From assembly GCF_036588685.1 (NCBI RefSeq), contig NC_086381.1, positions 24,304,001-24,368,000 of the forward strand: a DNA stretch of 64,000 nucleotides. The letters are read 5' to 3'. Source of the stretch: Mytilus trossulus. Its lineage: Eukaryota. Both the position numbers and the translations under genes were made by a program. The notes beneath the pieces are model-generated. The model ran no database searches. It saw only the letters and a list, made by a program, of their open reading frames with translations, and was not told where the DNA came from. Positions 1 through 11,783 of this stretch are shown here, piece after piece. How positions within the stretch are numbered: the first letter of the stretch is position 1; the number at the start of each line of letters is the position of its first letter.

Positions 1-1189
1 AATAAATGAATAAAAAGTATGTTCATACAGTCAAAAAAAGTATATTTTTATATCAGCCCATATCAGGGGAGAAAACTCTGTATTCAATATGAAATTTATA
101 CAATGTGGTTGACATGAATTAATGATAAATACTTGTAATGTGATATTGTTATTTGTACATATAATAGCATTTTGTGGTGTTATTAATATTTTAAATAGAC
201 AATCAAATTTCATTTAGAAATTGAACATATTTGTTTAGCTTTGATATGCATGTGTATATATGCTTGGTTGCCTTCTTGATTTATTCTTCTTTTTTATACC
301 ATTGTATGTATTTAACTCTTCTGAATAGAAAACAAATATGAAATGTAACAAATTTAAATTTTTGCAGCATGCCTTTACTTTTCTAGAAAATTTCATTATT
401 GGCCTCAAATATGAAAATGAGATAGCTTCAATAAATAATGCAAATTGAGATATAGATTAAAAATGTTTGCTTCATAATAAAATTTAAAAGGAAATAAACA
501 CTTACTTTTTTGCCCATACCACCTGAATGTGGCATATAAACATGATTAATAATTTCTACATTTTTGGGAAAATATGGATAACAGTTGAAATGAGCAGGAA
601 CATATATATTAGATATACTGTTCCCAGAAATGAGTTACAATGTATAAATCATTTAGGCCAAACAAACAAAATATGTGTGTTTACTGTTAACTGCTGAAAA
701 AAAGATTATTTTTTTAATTTCAATATATTTTTACATTGGTCCTTTGAAGCAGCATTTTTCTCATCATATTAGGGATCAGAAAAAAATAACTCTTTGGAGT
801 TAAATGATTGTTTCCTTAATTTGGAACTTAAAAAGGCTTCTTATTTACAATCACAGTTGAACAAAGAACTGTTCTGTCATTTCACCAACAGGTACAGTCG
901 TTCTGGACTTTGGGCAAAGTACTGTTTGATAAAATTGGTTTTGTCCAGTTAAGTGATATGCATATTACTCAATATTATACAGGATCAAATGACCAGTTAA
1001 ATTTCAAATTTTGTACAAATTATTTGTGTCAATGTCTTGTAATAAAAAGTCTGGTCTAGCATTGTCTAGTTAAGAATGGTTTACTGGTCAACTGACTGTC
1101 TGATTGATTTCTCAGAGTCAAGGGAACCACTGCTCAGGTATGGTTAGTTTTAAAATGGCAAACATTTGTTTTTTATAATAAATTAATAA

Positions 1190-1510
1190 TAAAATTGAGA
1201 AAGGAAATGGCGAATATGTCAAAGCGACAACCACCCGACCATAGAGCAACCAATGGGTCTTCAATGTAGCGAGAATTCCCGCACCCATAGGTGTCCTTCA
1301 GCTGGCCCCCAAAATATGCATAATAGCACAGTGATAATGGACGTCATACTAAACTCCGAATTATACACAAGAAACTAAAATTTAAAATCATACAAGACTA
1401 ACAAAGGCCAGAGGCTCCTGACTTGGGACAGGCGCAAAACTGCGGCGGGGTTAAACATGTTTATGAGATCTCAACCCTCCCCCTATACCTCTAGCCAATG
1501 TAGAAAAGTA
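1190..1510 (-). mobile_element. Dispersed short repeat (family A) with a twister ribozyme at its 5' end
   Basis: AAAATTGAGAAAGGAAATGG...CAAAGCGACAACCACCCGACC end recurs at 46821-47030, 51838-51870 and 53625-53702; twister fold at 1406-1496 on the minus strand. Confidence 0.7.
1406..1496 (-). ncRNA. Twister ribozyme, circularly permuted type P5
   Basis: Minus strand reads GGCUAGAGGU-AUA-GGGG-GAGGG-(21 nt)-UAA-CCCC-GC-CGCA guuu UGCG-CCUG-UCCCAAGU-CAGG-A-GCCUCUGGCC: P5 10 bp, P2 CCCC/GGGG, P3 4 bp, P4 CCUG/CAGG, L1 UAA/GAGGG and L4 UCCCAAGU match the known twister core; predicted U^A cleavage between 1453 and 1452. Confidence 0.75.
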
Positions 1511-3240
1511 AAAGAATAATAAAGTTACTTCCCCACGTTTCTGCATATTTTAAAATTCTTAAGCTGGAAATTAGGTTCATTCATAAAATTATTTGCAAGT
1601 TAAAAATTGAAACAAAATATTAAAAAGGCATGTAATTTAATAAAAATAAAATTCTGTATACATACAGAAATTTTATCATTTGGCATATACATTTGTATAT
1701 GCAATTTATGTACTTTACATTTATTCATTTTCAATCACAGTGGTAATAAGGGGGTATTCAGCTGGGGGAATTGTATTCTTCATTGATATTTTAAAAAGAT
1801 ACATAACTCTCTTTAGAGACAACAACAATTATTTATAATAATATAAGAAACTGAATAGAACTATGTCATAAATGGACCTGGCACTTTCTACATTCATTCA
1901 ATAATTCATTCTAGCTTCTAATTTGTTAAAGCATTATCCTACATTACCAATCTCAAGTAAAAAAAACACCATTATATAGCAACTGTCCTTAAGGAGGAAG
2001 GATAGAGTAAATGTGTTGTGATACTATATTTAAACTATGTCCAATTTGTTATCCTGCTCACCCTGGTCCCTGGTGCTATCGAAAAAATCCTGGGGATAAC
2101 ACTGAATTATTTATAATTATAATATGCTATTTTGTTATTTATGTGTAATAAGAATCTCTATGAATCAATTGATAACTGTTATGTTGGAGGGTTTTTTATA
2201 CACTCATTGAACATCAGAACCCCACCCCCCCTGATCTCTGGAATTAGTGACACTGGACATAGACTTTGAATACACATATTTGTATGGAAAATAAATTTTA
2301 CTATAAACATGATAAAGAACTAAAAAAGATAACTACTTAAAATTGAGTTTAGTAAATTAACAATCAGACTTTTTAGACTGATCACAATATCTTATCATTA
2401 TTATTTATAAAGGGAAGAAGTCCCCTATAACAGCAGAAAAATAAATAAAAAAAATAAATAAAAAAATCTGGAAAAATTTCCATTGTACTAATAACTCCAA
2501 ATAGTTAACTTATTTTTTTCACTTTTTTTAATTCCCGCATTTGTGCAGAAATCGACTTCCTTCTTCTGGTCTTGTTTGTCACTTTGAGTGAAATATATTT
2601 TTATCAGTTCAGTAAAACAGTAGGAAGAAACACAATACAAATTTCATTTTTAATTTTTCTTTAATATGAAAAAACATTACCTGATAATAGCGTTTCTTTG
2701 TTTACAATGAATATGACGTCATAACTAAAATCCCTCACATCAAAACCAAAATCTGAAATGTTACGGTATTCCGTTTCTTTTCTAACAGAATTTGAAGTTA
2801 AAATATCTTTTGAGTATGTGTAACATATTTGTTTTTTGTTCATTTTTTGTACATATATATATGGCCATTAGTTTTCTCATTTGAATTGTTTTACATATTT
2901 CGGGCCTTTTTATAGCTGACTATGTGGTATGGGCTTTGCTCATTGTTGAAGGCAGTAAGGTGACCAATAGTTGTTAATTTCTGTGACATTTTGGTCTCTT
3001 GTGCAGAGTTGTCGCATTGGCAGTCATACCATATCTTTTTTTATATTGATTTAAAAAAATAAAATTTATACAGAACTTCATCCCCTTTCACAAGTTATCC
3101 CCGCTCCTGGCGCTCCATATTAAACTCCAGACTCTATCAGACTGTACAGATTCTGTTTAGTAAGACCATCAGATACCTTATTTCCCTCTGATACCATATT
3201 TTGTTAGCTTAAAATCAAAACCTGTCTGATACCTTATTTC

Positions 3241-3728
3241 GGTAAACGGATAGAGAGTCACAGGACAAAAAGTCACAGGACATAAAGTCACAAATTTGGT
3301 AGGACAAAAAGTCACAGATAATCTGTTGACAATTGTTGGAATATATAAGCCAAATATCTTGAAATATTTGCTTTCAAAAACATATATTCATATTCAAGTT
3401 TAGTAAATGTGTCATTATACTGGAAAAATGATAATTTATTTAATTTTAATCATGCAAAAGAAAGATTTCTTAGCACCATAAAGCCATTTAAGTGTCGAGC
3501 CACTTTTACATTTTGTTTTTTAACAATTTATTTGATCATCCTTGATGTTTTTTTGATAAATCTTGTTAAAAATCTGAGTTCGAGAAAAATACTAAAATAT
3601 TTTTGTAGAAATTATCGCTTTTAATTTAACAAGTTTAAAGAAAATAATCAGAAAAAATTAATTGTGACTTTTTGTCCGTTACTTTTTGTCTGTGATTTTT
3701 TAGTCATGTGACTTTCTGTCTTACATTC
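3241..3728. mobile_element. Non-autonomous DNA transposon (MITE) with 15-bp subterminal repeats
   Basis: (GGACAAAAAGTCACA)n at the left end, inverted copies at 3663-3725; flanked by direct repeat CTTATTTC (3233-3240 and 3729-3736). Confidence 0.7.
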
Positions 3729-4096
3729 CTTATTTCAATAGCAAAACATTAAAGTGTCTGCACGTACCCGCAAATGGTTACAAATAGCCAAATTGCCATT
3801 CATAGGCTATGCATACCCACATCGGGTTTTACAATAAAATAAAATATCCAATCGGGAATGAAACGTGAAATATATATAGATGTTATCGATAATATTGGGA
3901 TTTCGTGTAGAACAAGTGAAGAGTATGAAAAATAATATTTTCAAATTGTATTTATTAGATAATAATACATATAATAAACATTGCAAATTAAATGCTCACT
4001 GACAAATGACTGATGGAAAATGTCCCTGTCAACGAAAAACTTTATAAAAGATCTTAAAAATTACTACTATCATAAAATATAATTGCAAATTTAAAG

Positions 4097-4492
4097 AATA
4101 GACCACTTTCGAGTTCATCCGTCACCGGCAAAAAATCGTCAATTATGCACGCCTTTATGACGTCATTTACCAGATAGAGGGGCTCGCCTGTATCCCTGCA
4201 CTATTTACGTTCATCAAGCGTCTAAGTGATCGTTTTTGTGCAGGATAAACTAGAAATAATGGTTGCTCTGTAGGTACTTACTGACAATTCCCTAATGACA
4301 GCAGTGTTGATTGTCTATTTTCAGAATTCAATTTGCCGAATAATTCGTACAATATAGAATTATAATTTTCCAACCACTCGCTCAACATTGTAAGGAAGTG
4401 ACGACGCCCCTAAACGCACAGATGACGGTGATAAAGGCGCGTATAATTGACGAGTTTTTTCCGGTGACGGATGAACTCGAAAGTGGTCTATT
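4097..4492. mobile_element. MITE, about 395 bp, long TIRs (copy 1)
   Basis: TIR AATAGACCACTTTCGAGTTCATCCGTCACCGG...; near-identical inverted copy at 18093-18488; AT dinucleotide flanks are compatible with ISL2EU/PIF-Harbinger-like elements (inference). Confidence 0.85.
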
Positions 4493-4883
4493 GAATTATA
4501 CTGAATTTGAAAAAAAGCCATATGAGATTTAAAAATAATCTTTTAGTAAAATGTAACAGGCCTTTTTCCTGTTGAATTTGTTTGGATTTTTTTGCCCCCG
4601 TAAATACAGGAAACATTTATTCTGTTAAATTTTAAATCCTCTTTAATTTTTGTGTTTCCAGTTCTTCTTTTCTCTGCAGCTACAAACAACTTCGAATTTC
4701 TTTTAAACAATTGTATAAAATAACTCGACTTATAGTTATTATTGAAGAACAAATTGTTTCAATGCATGATAACTTTGAAATGTCTTCCCCACATGAATAT
4801 CCCTCACTTCCATTTTTATTATATTTATTAACTGAGAACTTTTCACTTACCTATATATAAATATTCATAAAACTTCTGAGTAG

Positions 4884-5690
4884 CATACCTGTCAACCTCT
4901 GAAAATGAAAAGTCAGGTCATGACCTGCATTGAGAAAAAAAATCTCAGGTCATAACGCGTACGACATTTTGCGGGCTCAATTGAAGAACAAAAATATGTT
5001 TATATATAATTTATATAGTCAATAGGTATATAAAACAGTTAGAACATGTATACAAGTTTATTTCAGACTATTGTTATATTCCATAGTAGCAGACTTGGCA
5101 TTCTTTAAAAGAACTGCACTTGGTTTCAGTTCATAGCAATGCAAATGTGTATTCATTTTACAAGAAAGAAGAGCACACAGTGTATCCTTATTAAGATCAG
5201 CCCTAGTCTCTGTAGCTATTTTCTTTACTAAAAAAATGCCCTCGCACTGTCTGCATTGCTGTTTGGCAAAACCAGTAGGCAGTAATGTTTTAGCAAGTTT
5301 TGACAAAACAAAAAATCTTGGCTTGTTAAGAAAAATGTCATGCAACTTGGACATTTCTCCCCAAAATGTACCAATGTCAGTTTCAGGGGAAGTGCAAAGT
5401 GGAAGTTCATCTAATGGGGTCAACTGATAGTCACTGAACTCATCTTGTAGCTTGTTGAAAATATCGTTACGTAGCTCAGGTAAACAAGTCCTACATTTTG
5501 ACTTTTGGTTACATTGAAAAAGACCGATAAAACCGAAGGTCGTGTTACTTCTAAATACCGGAAACAATTCCGGTCAGAAATCCGGGTAATGTTAGAAATT
5601 CCCGGGACCCGCCGGGTAAAGAAAAACTCCCGGGTGAGAGGTGAAAATAACGGGTGTCACCCGCAAAAAACGGGTGAGTTGACAGGTATG
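4884..5690 (-). mobile_element. Internally deleted hAT transposon with 6-bp TSD (hAT6-like)
   Basis: TIRs CATACCTGTCAAC / GTTGACAGGTATG; GAGTAG duplicated at 4878-4883 and 5691-5696; frameshifted hAT C-terminal dimerisation-domain remnant (LSKLAKTLL..LVLPNSNADSARAF..TETRADLNKDTLCALL) at 5058-5410. Confidence 0.8.
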
Positions 5691-6939
5691 GAGTAGTTTT
5701 AATCAATCTACTCACTAATAAGCTACATTCCCGTAATTGACCCTGTAGTTAGAGATCCCTAATTTGGTTGTCTCCCTTATGACAGACATTATTTTTTATT
5801 TACAATGGACAGCTAGCAGACGGAGCAAATTTAGCTGTGCATAATGTGAGTAATCTATAAGGTTTTAAAATCTTTTAATTACATCAATTTGTTGTTTAGC
5901 TAAATACTTTTGACATCAGAAATTATTTACCATGAAAAATTAGTTAAATCGTCGATACATCACTTTCAATTCATCATGCTTTGCATTGGCAAAAGGGAAT
6001 CTTGTCCGATATGGAACCAGTCTAAGATTGACAAAGGGAAGTAATTTGTTTAAAAAGTGTGTAATAATAGAATCAAATCGGTAATTGGCAAATTGACTAT
6101 TGCGACAAATTCCAATATATATATTTTATGTTTTATTCCAGATGCAATGGCATTTCATTATAAAATCAGATGTGGGTACACATAGCTTACAAACATCATT
6201 TTGACTTATTCGTATCCGTATGCAGGTACGCACAGACACTGCAAACATTAAAATCACCAGACTATATATAAACACAACAATATAAATAAAATTAATTACC
6301 ATCCAACAAGTTCAAGTTCAAGTTCAATATTTTATTGTCAATTAAAGACGCCCATTACAAGCAGAATAATCAAGATAAATTTAAATGTACATTTGATTAC
6401 AATGATTACAATGATTATGTTAAACAAAAGAAAATCATAAAAAAAATATCCAAAAACATCAACATTATGATTATTCATGACCTGTTTTTGAGAGGATTTT
6501 TGTTATTGGAACCCGTCAAATATATATATGCATTCTGAGGTTGTAAACAAACGCTCAAAATAAAGAATATTTCTAACAATTTCGTCTGCAAAATTGTATG
6601 AAATATGCAGGCTAAAGTGCGAAAATCGGAGTTGTACCTGTGTTTTGGCTTTGTCGGACATCAATTTGATCCGCTCAATGGCAGGAACCAAATCAAAAGC
6701 TTTTATGCTCATCTTTTTGGTTTTGTTTTTATTCTAAAATGTCAAATGTTATCGTAAAATTGTATTTTCTGATAATCTGGAAAATTTTCATGGACAGCGC
6801 CATATTGGATAGCAGCACCACCAACAATTTCCGGAAAAAACACCCACTTTAAATCAAGGGTACATAACTTTTTTTCGCGCGTTTTTATTTCCTTAAAAAT
6901 ATTCAATTACCCTGAGACTATTTAAAGCTCGACTGAAAG

Positions 6940-7236
6940 CACTGGCGGAACTAGAAAATTTTAAAAATGGGGGCCCGCTGACTGCCTAAGAGGGGTCCGC
7001 TCTAGTCACGCTTTAGTGATTCCCTATGTAAGCAACCAATTTTTTTCCCAACTTGAAGGGGGGCGGACCCCCTGGCCCCCACTCAATCCGCCTCTGAAAA
7101 GACACATATTATGCGGATCCAGGGGAGCTTGGGGGACCGGTCCTCCTTTTGTGGAAAAAAATGGTTGATTATATAAGGAATCTTTGAAGCATGACTGCAG
7201 AGGGTCTCCCTTTGGAAAGTTCTGGATCCGCCACTG
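6940..7236. mobile_element. GC-rich MITE fragments (CAGTGGCGGATCCAG-type termini), nested
   Basis: CACTGGCGGAACTAG at the left, CTGGATCCGCCACTG at the right, internal partial termini. Confidence 0.55.
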
Positions 7237-7429
7237 CTGACCTATAATAACATTGAAGGATATAGTAATCTCAGCATTAACATTTCTTATTTTTTTAAAT
7301 ATAAACTGAGGCTCACTTGAACCGAAAAAAAAATGAAAAAATCTATCATTTTGCTTTTTGTTTGTATTTATATTTCTCAATCTATCCATACAGTATATTT
7401 CACAGTTTTTTTTACCAACACTAAATAAA

Positions 7430-8010
7430 GGAGTAGATCCGGTAAGGACTCATTTTGGCCTCAAATTTCAGTTTCATCTGACGAAAGATTTTGACCACTT
7501 TTTGAACACTTAAGTTCAAGTTTCACTTGATTCAATTAGTTTAAGTGAAAGATTTTAACTGATTTTGTAATTAAAAACTATCCGATTCAAGCTCAAATAT
7601 GGAAAATCTCTCAAATTTATATGCCAAAAAACGTCACTTAGATGGTTTTTGTCAAAAATGAAAGTGGCCGCATCCGTGTTCATCCACAACTTTTATATAT
7701 GTTTTGTATTATCATAAAATACAACTTACATTTCAATATTAAGGATGAACACGAATGCGGCCACTTTCGTTTTACACGGAAACCGTCTAAAATTTAACTA
7801 AAATGATATAATTTTGAAGATTTCAGTAATTTAGCATGACTTAATGGTGCTACAACCAGATATAGGTGCATTGTATTGTCAAAAACAGCCCGTATTTATG
7901 TAGCAGAATCATTCAACTGTCCAAAAAATAACTAAAAGTTTACATTTAAACAATTTTGTAAAACTGTTATATTTTGGGGTCAAAAAGAGGTCTTACCGGA
8001 CCTACTTTTC
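7430..8010. mobile_element. Non-autonomous DNA transposon with imperfect TIRs
   Basis: GAGTAGATCCGGTAAGGAC... vs ...GTCTTACCGGACCTACT; internal inverted repeat AAAGTGGCCGCATCCGTGTTCATCC (7661-7685) / 7743-7768. Confidence 0.6.
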
Positions 8011-8429
8011 CAGGCCTTTCCTTTCGTTTAAGGTAAAGCGAGTACCGTTTTGCGTAGAAATTTGCATACTAAGCATGAATTTAAATCATTTAACGGGTTA
8101 CATTCAACCACTCTACTCTTAGTGGAGTGACCAAGCCACCAATTTTTCAACCGTTTAATGGCCCACCCTACCTGCAGGCTAAATTATGACTTTTTGGAAA
8201 GAGAAATGTTTACTCTTTAATTTTTGTGAGGTTGTAGAATTGAAATATGGTGCTTTTTTTTTAATAAGGTCAAAGGTTAGTGATTGAGTTTTTTTACTAT
8301 TGTCAATTTATTTCACAAGAGGTTAAAAAAAGCCTCCAAATAATACTTGAAGTGTTTCTAAACAAGAAATTCATAATGAAATAAATTGCGACACTTAATT
8401 TTCAACTTGATTTGAAAATAATGAAACCA

Positions 8430-8835
8430 ACATATGCATATTGGTATCTGACAAAATTCAACCTAATATAGAAACAATTGACCAAAATAAACAAGCCTTA
8501 ACATCACAAAACATAAGCATTAAAGATCAACCAGATAAATCAATAAGCTGCAAACCAAAGTAACTGATCTGGGAAAAAGAGTTGAAGAGCAAGAACAGTA
8601 CTCAAGAAGAACAAGTCTTCGCGTTAACAACACCAAGATACCAACAAATGGCAATGGTAGAATGATTAAACCAGTTAATACTGACTATCTAGTTTTGCAG
8701 ATCTGCAATTAGCAATTAGGTCTTGATATAGATTTGAAGAATCTTGGTAGAACACATCCAGTAGGAAAGGCCAAGAATGGTAAAATGTCTGTTATAGCTC
8801 GTTTCCTGTCTTATAGAACACGTCAATTGGTTAAC
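8430..8835 (+). mobile_element. LINE ORF1-like fragment nested in the Academ element
   Basis: Translates to LGKRVEEQEQYSRRTSLRVNN...TDYLVLQIC..LGLDIDLKNLGRTHPVGK...VIARFLSYRTR, typical of coiled-coil/RRM ORF1 of CR1/L2-type LINEs; contains a stop. Confidence 0.6.
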
Positions 8836-9374
8836 TAATTTCATCAACCATCAGACCCTAAATTCACATGAAGAAATATTGGTATATGCGGACTTTTGTT
8901 GGTTGCGTACACAATTGTTATTTGCCAGCTGTTTTCCCTTGTCTGTATACGTACAAACAAGGTCTTGAAGGAAACCTACTGACAATGTACCTCAAAGAAA
9001 ATCGAGAGCAAACCATTTTTACCCTCTTACCAACCAGAGTCTTTGGAAAGTATGATCACTGGTTTAGCAATATGAGAATTCATCCAAACTTGTGTTTGAA
9101 CCATTACACCTGGGATGTGCTGTAAAAACGTGTTTTCACATAGAATAATTTTTACAAGACTGGCATCCTTTGTAGCGACAAACTCCACCCAAAAACTTGT
9201 TTAGATCATCATGAAGAAACCTAAACTTTTTCTTCGGATCATACAATGAGGCGATACATTTTAACGGCGATTCCTGATCTCCCGTTTGAAAACTTATCTG
9301 AAGAGAGTATCACTAGCCCAGTATTCATCACTTCGGCGTTGACCAAAATATCAATTATATTGTCACTTGTATAA

Positions 9375-9960
9375 TTTACCGTCGATGCCTTTGCTGGTGG
9401 ACTGTTAGTCCCCGAGGGTATCACCAGCCCAGTAGCCAGTACTTCGGTACTGGCATGAAAATACGGATGTTTTGTGTTATTAGAATTTGCTGTTACTAAA
9501 TGTTAGAAATTATTATAGATTAGGGATTTATCTCCCTCATGCAAAGCTTTGATTCCTTTCACGGATTTGGCTATACTTTTTGGACCTTTTGGATTATAGC
9601 TCTTCATCTTTTATATAAGCTTTGGATTTCAAATATTTTGGCCACGAGCATCACTGAAGAGACATGTGTTGTCGAAATGCGCATCTGGTGCAGGAAAATT
9701 GGTACCGTTAATGTTATTACCGTTTGTAAAAGTATTTGTTATTCGAAATACTAAGGATTTTCTTATCCCAGGCATAGACTACTTTAGCCGTATTTGGCAC
9801 AACTTTTTTGAATTTTTGTCCTCAATGCTCTTCAACCTTATACTTGTGTAGCTTTCTATATATTTTGATCTGAGCGTCACCGATGAGCAGCTGCCGATGA
9901 GTCTAATGTAGAAGGAACGCGCGTCTGGCGTATTAAATGATAACGCTGGTACCTTTGATA
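9375..9960 (+). mobile_element. Hammerhead-bearing repeat (retrozyme / Penelope-associated non-autonomous repeat)
   Basis: Same family recurs at 13880-14065, 16135-16440, 23035-23590, 26330-26487, 27730-28020, 32739-32792, 35938-36175; carries hammerheads at 9648-9691 and (degenerate) 9874-9931 plus a cUUCGg hairpin at 9435-9454. Confidence 0.75.
9648..9691 (+). ncRNA. Minimal type I hammerhead ribozyme (variant B, intact core)
   Basis: GCAUCA-CUGAAGA-GAC augug uu GUC-GAAA-UGCGCA-UC-UGGUGC: stem I 6 bp, stem II GAC/GUC, palindromic stem III AUGCGCAU, cleavage after AUC (9685). Confidence 0.8.
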
Positions 9961-11711
9961 AATATTGTCATAAATTGGAAGATTCAAAGCATCATTTCCA
10001 CATGATACCATCATCATGGAACAAAGCTGAAGGTATGGGACCAATAGTATATGCCAAGATCCTACGAACATTAGCAAGAACTATAAAGCACGACGAACTG
10101 ATTTTACAGGATATGATATGTGCAACTAAGTCACCTGATTTGCACTTGAGTTTTGGTGTCTTAATCGTATCATCAAAAGTATTGAGAGGGGACTACGACA
10201 TCGGACTTTAGAAGGGGTTACATCCACTCCATGTTTATGTCTGATTAAAAACTCACCTGACATAAAGACAGATTTTATCGTTTCAGACAGATTCAACATA
10301 TCCAATATGTAGGCCGGTGTCCACCTAGCATAGTTCGTCAAGGTAATGAAAAAGTATCGCAACATTGCAGCAATCATTTGCAAATGTATAAAAGCACCAA
10401 CCCAGTCCGTCCAATCTTAAGGTTCTGCAACAATATTTCAACTGCACGAAGAACTATATCCCAAAATGCGAAGGTTGGTAATAGATAGCTTACTAGAGTG
10501 TATTCTGAATTCTTCAAACAATACCTTCAGCGATTTGGGGTGTTTCAGCAAATGAACTGTGACAGTTAAAGAACGCCTTCAATACATTTGGTTGAGAATT
10601 AAACGATTTTTGTCTTTGAATGCTTTTAAATTAAACAAAATAGCCACGATAGTTTGCCTCATATACCAAAGTTAATCCTCGAACACATCTGGTATAAACT
10701 CCTTTACGTTTGAGCAACATCATAAAATCAATTGTCAAATGTTTTTTACAGCATGTTGTTGACCAGCACGTTTTGACATATCTAAACATTGTTTCATAGT
10801 TGAAAATATTATTGCCATGTTGCTGGGCATGGCATCTATAATCGGAGTATAGGCTACAGACGAAATTTCAGATGAAGCCTTTTGTAAGAACCGGTCCAAA
10901 ATGAAACAATTTGTTCAGTGCTTTCTGAAGAAAATGGAATCGAATCTAAGTTTTGCCTCCAAAAAAATACCAAAGACAGGACAGATATATTTCGGTTTTC
11001 CATGAAACAAGACACATTCTTCCCATAAACATTAGAATGAAGAGAAGTTCCATACCGTTCTGATGGCTTGTCGAAAGTTAAACATGCCATAAAATTGGTG
11101 TTCGAATCATTCAAGGTCAAAGAACTTTCTAGTCCCCGTTTGACATTTATGGAACTCATGTGGGCGTTTGATGATTCGTTTTGATACTGACATACAACTG
11201 TAGCCATTGAGTGAAATGCATTTTTACCATCGATTGTTTCAGCATTTAAGTCAATATTTTCTGCTCCCTCTTGTATATTATGACCACCTTTTCTAAATAG
11301 AGCTATCCCATAAGGTACTTAGAATATGTATTGGATTCTGTTTTTAACAAATTTGCTAAACATGTCCGATATCTACGTACTTCACAATAGGATGCACAAA
11401 AACCACGAGAGTTTAAATTTTCAATAAAAAAAAAATAGAGCCAAACTCATGGTGTAATTATAATGCCTAAGCAAGATGAAATGGGGTTAACAGGTTTATG
11501 TTTAAAACAAGTCTGCATTCTGTAATTGCCAGGACTTTTCGCAGTTTGTGTACAGGAAGTTTAGAAACATTTCTAATATTTTTCAATGAACATCAGAATA
11601 ACGAGGAGGTCCAGGTCATATTCATTGAACTATAATGCAAAGCTAAAAATCCTCATTAAAGCTAATTTTTAAGAAATACTGACTTGGAATGGCTTCGAAA
11701 CTTTAAAATTT

Positions 11712-11783
11712 GAAGTTTAAAACATTTTAATTCGGAAGTTTGAAACATTGTAATTCGGAAGTTTGAAACATTTTAATTCGGAA
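11712..11783. repeat. Short tandem repeat, about 23-bp unit x3
   Basis: GAAGTTTGAAACATTTTAATTCG repeated. Confidence 0.7.

Larger units (their letters stand above)
3753..6242. mobile_element. Old long-TIR DNA element (MULE-like), host to nested insertions
   Basis: About 90-bp diverged inverted repeats at 3753-3840 and 6151-6240; AAACATTAA direct repeat at 3744-3752 and 6243-6251. Confidence 0.5.
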
